Below are positions 55,530 through 64,000 of a DNA stretch of 64,000 nucleotides, piece after piece. How positions within the stretch are numbered: position 1 is the first letter of the stretch; each line of letters begins with the position of its first letter. This DNA is from Eledone cirrhosa (Eukaryota): NCBI GenBank assembly GCA_964016885.1, contig OZ024745.1, positions 94,488,001 to 94,552,000 on the forward strand, written 5' to 3'. Below the pieces are notes generated by a model. The model saw nothing but the letters and a program-made list of their open reading frames with translations, searched no databases and had not been told where the DNA came from. A program made the translations under genes and the position numbers.

Positions 55530-55743
55530 GGGCGGTGGATTGGCAGTATCGATAGAGGGTCGGACGCCATGCTTTGACACATAGAGTTACGGCCCTTGCC
55601 ATTCTGAGTTCAAATCCCGCCGAGGTTAACTTTGCCATTCATCCTTACGGGGTCGATCAAATAAAGTACCAGTAATGCACTGGGTATTTGCTGGCCTTGT
55701 GCCAAAAGTAGAAACAATTATTATTATTATTGTTATTATTATT
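55529..55743 (+). mobile_element. S1 SINE within an (ATT)n tract between two R4 elements
   Basis: Full body with (ATT)n on both sides. Confidence 0.92.
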
Positions 55744-58700
55744 GGTCTTTGAGTTTCAGTCATTGATGGAAAGTTTGTTGAAATGAATATCAAGCCACTA
55801 CCTGCAGCCTCAGATATTCAGGACATAACGGAGGGTTCTTGCTGTTCCCAGCAAGCATGCCTTTTGAAGTGTTCCAAACAGCGGAGCGGGACCAATTCTC
55901 TTTAACCATCCTTGGAAACTCTTTGAGATAGTACCTAGTGTACTTATGACAATCGGGACCACTTTGACCTCATGGCAGTTCCAAATCCTTTTTACCTCCC
56001 ACTTTAAGTCCTGGTATCGGTTAATTTTCTCTCTATCCTTCTCTTGCACTCCATTGTCCAAAACCACCAGGTCAGGTCTATTGTGTTCCAGTTTCTTGTC
56101 CGTCTGTATCCTAAAATCCCACAGCACCTTCACCTGATCGTTTTCCATCACCGACTCTGGCTTATGCTGATACCATTTCTCAGAATGTGGTAAATTGTTT
56201 ACTTTGCATAGGTGCCAGTGGATCACCCTGCCCATCACATCATGTCTCCAGCCTTTATAGTGAGTCTGGGCTAGGTGTTTACACTCGGATACAATGTGAG
56301 CCACAGTCTCCTCTCTCTCTCCACAGATCCTACATAGTGGGCTAGCCTTCTCCTTGTAAATATGGTGTTTCAGCCACTTCATTTTGCGGGCCTGCTCTTG
56401 CGCAGCCATTAGCATTCCTTCTGTAGCCTTTTTAAGGTCTCCTCTTTACAACCAGTTCCATGTCTGTGGATCTCTGAATTCAGTTTTCTCAAAGAAGGTA
56501 CTATGAAGGGATTTGTCATGAAGGCTGCTCTTTCTCCTTGTTGTTATTTCCTCCTTGGACATCCCTTGGTCTATTGTCCTCTCCTTCAGTACAATTCTGA
56601 GCATTGGCTCCTTACTATCAGTCACGTATTTGTGTAGGTTGTTTTTCTCCATCTGAACACAGTCCTCTATGCTGATAAGACCTCTTCCACCTTCAGATCT
56701 CCTTAAGTAGAGTCTATCGACATCACTCCTCTTGTGGAACATGTTGTAGATAGTCAATAGCTTCATAGTTTTTCTATCCATTTCTTTTTGTTCAGCAACA
56801 TTCTATCTCAGAATTCCCGCACTGTATCTAATAATAGACACAGCTCGGAAATTTACTGCACTTATGGCATTCCTACTGTTCAGTTGTGACTTTAATACGC
56901 TCCTTACTCTCCGAATGTATTCAGATCTTATCAATTCCTTCATTTTTTTGTTCTTGATGGCATCAACCTCCAGAACACCCAAATACTTGTATCCTTCTTC
57001 AGTGTCAATTTCCTTTATCATCTCACCTGTTGGTACCTGGATTCCGTTGCTTCTGCTCAATTTACCCCTCTTCATCACAAGGACTCCACACTTACTAATA
57101 CCAAATTGCATACATATATCATTGCTGAAAATACGGACAGTGTCAACAAGTACATCCAACTCCTTTCACTCCTCCCAAAGAATTTAAGATCGTCCATGAA
57201 GAGGAGGTGATTGATGGTAAGCTCTCCCTTTCCCAACTTGTATCCTGCTCTCACTTTTCGCAGTATAATGGTCAGGGGAATCAGGGCAAGGACAAACAAC
57301 AGAGGGGACAGACTATCTCCCTGGAAGATACCTCTCTTGATCTTCACTCCTCCCAAGGATTCTCCAGCTGATCTTAACTCTGTTTTCCAGGACTTCATAC
57401 ATTTGCTCAACAACTGTCTGATGTTATCTGCCACCTTGAAGATCTCTAGGCTTTTGCTGATCCAAGAATGAGGCACCATGTCAAATGCCTTTTTGTAGTC
57501 TATTCATCCCATGGCAAGACCAGTGTGTCTCCTCTTGCAATTCCTCAATACTATAACATCAATAAGTAACTGGTCCTTTGTACCACGGGACTTCTTTCGG
57601 CATCCTTTCTGTTCGTCCGGTAACAAGTTGTTTGTGTGGAGGTGATGGTAGATTTCCTCAGACACAATGCTTGTCAACAGTTTCCACATTACGGACAGAC
57701 ATGTGATAGGTCTATAGTTGGTAACATCATTACCCTTGATTCGGTCTTTCATTACCAGAACTGTGGTACCTTTTGTCAACCACTCTGGTACCTCACCTGA
57801 CATCAAGCAGTCATTGGACATGGCTGTCAGTTTCGGGTGGAGGGATGTTATATTTTTAATCCAATACCCCTGCACACCATCTGGGCCTGGTTATTTCCAG
57901 TTGGTCAGTTTTTTGGCCTGCCCCTTAAGAGTTTCAACTGTGATACTCAAATCAGTTTTTTGGTGTGCCTGTTCACTAATCTCCTTTTCTACTGTCTCAA
58001 TCCACACTGCCTGGTCATTATGTTTAACATCCTGCTCCCATATTCCTCTCCAGAATGTCTTAGTTTGTTCCGCCTCAGGGATCAAGTCGTTGCCTCTTTC
58101 TTTCCCTTCAAGCTGACCAAACAACATCTTCTGGTTGTTGTCAAACATGCGGTTCTGTCTATACTGACTGACTCTGCTCTCCTATCGCCTAATTTTTGCA
58201 CTCTTTGCTACAATGCGTTACTTCAGTTCCTCTATGATAATATTTAGTTTTTTCCTCCTAGTTTTGTACTTTATTTCCAGTCTATTTTTAGTGTCTATGT
58301 TTTTTAGTGTTCCATTCAGTAGGGACTCAAGCTTTCCAAAGTCATTTCTCATTTCCCTGATTTGACCATTCAGTCGTTTCTTCCACCAAGGTTCTGATAT
58401 TTCTTGTTTGTTGTTTCCTCTCGCTTTTATGCCAAGTAATTTCCTCACCGCATTTGCTGTTGCTTTGAGGATATTGTTGCACTGGTGAAGGCTCCTCGCC
58501 TCAAGGTATAATGAGTTTGTTTACCTTAGCTGTTGTTTCTTTTGCTTTTTCCTGTCTACAAATCTCAGGTTCACAGGTTTCCCACTATCATTGTTCATTT
58601 CATCTACCACTAAGTTTAGGATATCAACCAAATCTTGTCCTAGCCCGTCGGCATTCATCTCCTCAATGGCCGTATCTTTGTTCCAGCAGTATCGGTAGAG

Positions 58701-59465
58701 GGTCGGACGCCATGCTTTGCAACAAAGAGTTACAGCCCTTTATGATCTGAGTTCAAATACCGCAGAGGTTAACTTTGCCTTTCATCCTTACGGGGTCGAT
58801 AAAATAAATACCAGTAATACATTGGGTAATTGCTGGCCTTGTGCCAAAAGTAGAAATTATTATTTATTTCAGCATTCAGATCATTGTCTGCTTCGGATGG
58901 TTCCTCCGTTCTCTCAACCTCTTCACCTTCATTTCCCACTGGCTCGTTTGCCTGGCATACTCCACTCTCCATTTCCAACCTAATCTCTCTGTTCCAGCTC
59001 GCTTATCCACCCATTAGTTCTTATTACCAGAGCCTGCCCGGCTAATTTTTGTTCCTCTAATTTAAATAGTCAAATCTCGTTCCAGATGTTATGCATCCGT
59101 TTCCTATAGCCTTTTTCCTTGAGGTCACTCTTCAGGTAACATTGGATAACAGTTTTATTCAATTCTTTCGTCCAGTTGGTTCTGGTCCCTTTCCATCATC
59201 TTCTTCTTCCTCCGACACCAGAAGTATTTGGTTGACAGCCAGGTTCCTGCTGCTGAGCCAGGGAGCACCTGCTGGGTGAGAGTCTGTCACATGACATTCC
59301 AGTCTCCACTTCACCATTATTCGAACTGTTTAGGTTCGACATTTAAACACTCTTATCGAGGATTGGTGAATGTATGGTTACATAACCTCCGGGGATTTCA
59401 TCACCTACGGTGATTTGATCAGCCCCGGTGATTTTAGCGTGGCAATATCACGCTGTAGACGAACA
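55744..59465 (-). mobile_element. Dong/R4 LINE, family D, probably near full length and disrupted
   Basis: NYRPITCL, EQKGC, GIFQGDSLSPLLF, LFMDDLK, EGGRGL, CRIC..H..C, RHD, HNRPD; (AAT)n tail. Confidence 0.93.
58685..58864 (+). mobile_element. S1 SINE inserted into R4 family D
   Basis: The S1 body interrupts LINE sequence. Confidence 0.88.
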
Positions 59466-59735
59466 TAAATAAACAAACAAACAAATAGGTTAAAAAAAAC
59501 CCAAAATAAGCATAAGTTTCATTGTAATGTAATGTTTGAATGTCAGACTTAGTTTTTTTGCTTGTCCGTCTGTCTGTTTGTTTTTCTTTTCTTTTTTCTT
59601 TTCTTTACGTTTTTCGTTGCTGCTGCTGTTTTGATTTTGATTTTTGATTTTTTGATTTTTTGACCGGGTCATCAAATCAGTCTATTTATATCTTTTGATG
59701 CCTTCCTCCTTTAGTGGGAATACTACGATGCCTGT

Positions 59736-59878
59736 CTTAGCAGGAGGTAGTGGGAGAGAATAGCGGCGGTAGCGATAATGAGGCAGTGGTGGTGGTGATG
59801 TGCTATTAGTACTTAGCAGGAGGTAGTTGGAGAGAATAGCGGCCGTAGCGATAATGAGGCAGTGGTCGTGGTGATGTG
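59736..59878. repeat. Tandem duplication with a period of about 76 bp
   Basis: cttagcaggaggtagt.ggagagaatagcggc.gtagcgataatgaggcagtggt occurs twice. Confidence 0.85.
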
Positions 59879-60243
59879 ATCGTAGTACTGTAGTGATGGT
59901 GTTGAAGTTGAAGTAGAAATAGAAGTTGCGGTAACTTGACTAGAATGTTTTTCGTGTTAATGGTGATGGTGGCGGTGGTGGTGTTGGTGGTGAAATTATT
60001 TGCCTGTCTGTCCACTTAGCCATTTTTCTCTTTTTTCTTTTTCGACTATAACATTTCTGATCCAAAATTAAATATTAAATATTGGGATCTATGCCGTAAT
60101 GTGATGCGTTGTCGCTTGCTGAGAGCCAAACTTTAATCTTATATTTCATTTGTAATAAGAATTATTCGATCACACTTGTTTTAAATAAGTAAAAATCAAA
60201 AACTTACGGGAGCGATTCCATAACGATATATATCCACCATTAT

Positions 60244-60428
60244 TCGGTGGATTAGCAGTATCGGTAGAGGGTCGGATGCCATGCTTTGACGTTTAGAGTT
60301 ACGGCCCTTGCCATTCTGAGTTCAAATCCCGCCGAGGTTAACTTTGCCTTTCCTCCCTACGGAGTCGATAAAATAAAGTACCAGTAATGCTCTGGGTAAT
60401 TGCTGGCCTTGTGCCAAAAGTAGAAACA

Positions 60429-60464
<36 letters not shown>

Positions 60465-60655
60465 GGGCGGGGAATTGGTAGTATCAGTAGAAGGTCGGAC
60501 GCCATGCTTTGCAGCATAGAGTTACGCCCCTTTATGGTGTGAGTTCAAATCTCGCCGAAATTCACTTTGCCTTTCATCCTTACGATAAAATAAAGTACCA
60601 GTAATGTACTGCGTAATTGCTGGCCTTGTTCCAAAAGTAGAAACAATTATTATTA
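60244..60655 (+). mobile_element. Two S1 SINEs in tandem
   Basis: Bodies at 60244-60456 and 60465-60655. Confidence 0.9.
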
Positions 60656-60675
60656 TATATGTATATATATATATA

Positions 60676-61874
60676 TATAATATAAAGCTGACGGCCGTAT
60701 GTAAGTAACGAACTTTTCGCCAAACTGCTGGACCAAACAGCATCAAATTTGCACCATAGATGTAAATTTTTCCAAGTAAAAAAGTGAGGGTAGTTTTGTC
60801 TATTGAATTTTGTTAAAAGATTAAATACATTATTTAAATATTCACTTCTTTAAAATTTCAAATGTCAACACTTACGGTTATACGACATTCCTCACTTTTT
60901 CTTAGTCTGTCCTTTTAGATAGATACATAGCTATGACGCCGTGCCCTTATAATATGTCTGGCTGTCTGCATTAGATAACGTTTTTCGAAATATTTACTTC
61001 TGCGTTCACAGATTGACTTTTTTAGTTTCAGAGGATCCCGTTAAGGGTGAAAGCAGCGATTCTTTGCTAAAGTTTAATCTATTATTTTAATATATATATA
61101 TTTGTGTACAGATATTTTTGCATACACAAAATAAAAACCTATTTATTTCACGAAAGCACGGATACATGCCCACATTCAAAGTACAGGGCCAAGTGTACCA
61201 CACGATTGGAAGTCTCCTACCTCTGACCGACGAAGACCACAGGTTTTTGCAAATCTACTTCATTGGAAATGCAGATTCACAAGCGATACGTCGTCATCGC
61301 GCCATCTCAGGAACCAGACTTGAAATCATTCGCCAGTTACAGGACATGTTAAGCGACTTCAGTTTCCAATAAGACTAAGCTTCGCGATTACCATCAACAA
61401 AGTTCAGGGTCAAACCCGAAAAGTGGCTGGCCTTCATCTGGGTAAACCACGCTTCTCCCATGGTCAATTGTATGTAGGATGCTCTAGGGTGAGCTCACCA
61501 AACAATCTCTTCATCTTTGCTCCGGAGGGCCGAACAAAAAATATTGTATACTCTGAGGCTCTAACAATGTAATTTATGTATTTTCTGTTACTTGGAATTT
61601 CCATTTTGGTTGTACAAATTATTGTTTGTTAAAAAATGTGTTCTCTGTTCAGCGTTTATTGTTGTAACTATCAATTTTCTTTAACGTACTGGCTGCTGAA
61701 CGGCGGAATCCTAAAATCTATTCAAACCCAACACGTTAACTCCCCCCCCCACACACAGACCTCGCAGACTTAAGAGGGCGTGCGGTATCTTTTGCACTGG
61801 TGTGGAGGAGGGGATTCCTGAAAAGATAAAATGCCGGTATAACTAACCAGGGGCCAGCCGGACGGGTCAGCTAG
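60676..61874 (+). mobile_element. Non-autonomous (internally deleted) Helitron
   Basis: A Rep-side remnant MPTFKVQGQVYHTIGSLLP..FLQIYF is fused to the Pif1 C-terminus FPIRLSFAITINK..SHGQLYVGCSRV..TKNIVY. The 3' end is GC-rich and finishes with CTAG|t at 61871-61874. Confidence 0.88.
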
Positions 61875-62179
61875 TATAAATATATATATGACGGTAAAAA
61901 TAAATAAATAGATATAATAATATAAAAAAGCGAAAAATTAGAGATGTAAAAACGAATAAACAGATAAAAAATGTTTATATTTTCAAAACGTCAAAATGTA
62001 AACGCAATTATGATGGTGTTAGAGATGTTATGTGAAAAGATTTGAGATACGTCACGTAAAATATTTCGAAATGTTTTTATAAAACTTTATAAAATATTTA
62101 TATGAAAGTCTTATTGTGAGTTATTGCGAGATGTATATGGAACCAGGTATATGTCGGTAGCTAGAAAACAATTTAGACT

Positions 62180-62400
62180 TTTTGATCAATTGTGAATGAT
62201 CATTTGTTAAGATACTAAAGTTCTTGTGTGACAGAGTTGACATTTTTTAGATCTGTTGGTTCGTGGATTGGCTTTTTCAGCCATTGACCAGTTGATCATT
62301 TTTTTCACTGAGTTTCACTTTTAACGTTCCAGATATATTGTGCCAATTACGAAGTGTGTTGTGCATATCAACTAGTAAAAGAACTGGTGCTAAGTCTGTT
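62180..62400 (-). pseudogene. Decayed PLE GIY-YIG C-terminal remnant
   Basis: LAQYIWNVK..INWSMAEKANP..SKKCQLC, the same type as the remnant at 21029-21440. Confidence 0.6.
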
Positions 62401-62772
62401 ATAATTTTAATGTAAGTCACAAGACACTTTCCATTTCGGAACTAAGAAGAGGTGGTATTATTAATACCGAAAATAACTTACAACCTGTTAGTGATTCAAG
62501 TTATGCTTGTGCTTGTATAATGTTGTATAGTAATGTTTGATCAGCAAGAATTTCGGTGCAATCATAACTAACGTTTTTTTTTATATATATTAAAGGGGTT
62601 GTGGTAGTTGAGATACTACTCGTTATAGACCAGATGGATGTCTGCATTTTTATACGTAATTCATTAACCAAAATACTATGTGAAAGAACATATTATAAAC
62701 ATATATAAGTATTTTACAAGATATATACCATAAATACTGTCACAAAATATCTATAACACTGTCATAATTACG

Positions 62773-63024
62773 TTTACGTTCAGAAATATAGTTTTTTATT
62801 ATTTATATATTTCATACATATTATATTTTCTATTTATTAATTTATTATTTTCTGAATTAATTCTTCCTATTTGTATCTATAAAGTTTTATTTCCATATAT
62901 ATATTTAAATGCTATTTTGTGATCATATCTGTAACTTGATATTGATAGGAAGAATTAATTCAGAAAATAATAAATTAATAAATAGAAAATATAAGTAATG
63001 AAAAACTATTTTTCTGAACGTAAA
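62773..63024. repeat. Imperfect AT-rich inverted repeat
   Basis: 62773-62870 versus 62945-63024. Confidence 0.8.
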
Positions 63025-63072
63025 TTGCTTATATATGTTTATAATAGCACCACCTGGCAAAATATAAGTCGT

Positions 63073-63143
63073 TGCATCGACCGAGAACCCAACCCGGGTC
63101 GCCCGCGTCGCAGGCGATCATTCTACGACTGAATCATCGATGC
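63073..63143 (-). pseudogene. tRNA-Gly(GCC)-derived pseudogene
   Basis: GCATCGATGATTCAGTCGTAGAATGATCGCCTGCGACGCGGGCGACCCGGGTTGGGTTCTCGGTCGATGCA has a tRNA-Gly body, but the anticodon reads GCG and the T-loop/B box is damaged. Confidence 0.85.
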
Positions 63144-63198
63144 TCTGTGTGCGCGTGCGTGTGCGTGTGCGTATGTGTGTGTGTGTGTGTGTGTGCGC

Positions 63199-63286
<88 letters not shown>

Positions 63287-63288
<2 letters not shown>

Positions 63289-64000
63289 TCCCGAGATCCA
63301 TGGACGAGTTCTCTCCAGCAGTCTCCCATGTCCTGCGTCTCCAAGCGACATGTGTCTGTCCTCAGGGCATCAACATATGTCAACCTCGGTCTCCCTCTTC
63401 TAGTGTGTCCGTGCAAGGGCTCCCACAGGATCTCTGAGTGCAGTGTCAACTCTGAATGTCGGTGAGCATGTCCAGCTAACCCCAGCCTCCTCTGTGTTAC
63501 TTTCGCGCTGACTTTTGGGAAGCTCCTCTACTGCTCTGAGTTTTTCATCCTCAGTGTGTATTGATTAATGTTCAGAGCCATCCTCAGCATTCTCGTGTAG
63601 CACCCATCCACTATCTGAATGAGTTTCTTGGTCAGTGTCCGAGTCTCAGACCCGTACCGCAGCACATACTCCACTGAAGCAACGAAGAGACGATCTTCAG
63701 GTCTTTACGAAGGTCCGACTTCCAAATCGATCTCAAACTATAGCACGCCGCCCAGGCTTTGCTCTTCCTCTCAACCACATCATTCTCTGTGTTCCCAATC
63801 TTTGCTTCCAGATACAGGAAGTCTTCAACCAATTCTAACAACTTCCCGCCTACATTCATAATCTTCTCTGGCTTCTTAATATTCTCTACCAGACACTTCG
63901 TCTTAATCTCACTCATTCTCAGCCCCACACTCATCGACACAGTCTCCACCTCCTGCATCAACTCCTCTGACTCCTTCACTGTGTTTGTCACCAGAACTAT
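63287..64000 (-). mobile_element. RTE-type LINE, same family as 1723-2146; runs off the end of the window
   Basis: [44 protein letters not shown]. Confidence 0.92.

Overview
This is AT-rich, microsatellite-dense eukaryotic DNA with no host protein-coding gene that I can support. The repeat types resemble a mollusc or cephalopod genome, which is inference only. Almost all of the window is transposon-derived: RTE, CRE, Tx1/L1, Vingi and at least four Dong/R4 LINE families, one Neptune-type Penelope-like element (PLE), decayed PLE remnants, three non-autonomous Helitrons, about 17 copies of one tRNA-derived SINE family, a second SINE family and a tRNA-Gly pseudogene. The most striking signal is absent from the ORF track: about 20 type I hammerhead ribozyme (HHR) motifs from about 11 sequence families. 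Each reads stem I - CUGANGA - stem II - GAAA - stem III (often a short palindrome) - UH - stem I'. They lie in short non-coding units inserted at (TA)n, several forming fold-back palindromes whose arms start at the catalytic core. A filled-versus-empty site comparison between two Helitron copies indicates these units are insertions. All coordinates and pairings were read by eye and no activity has been tested.
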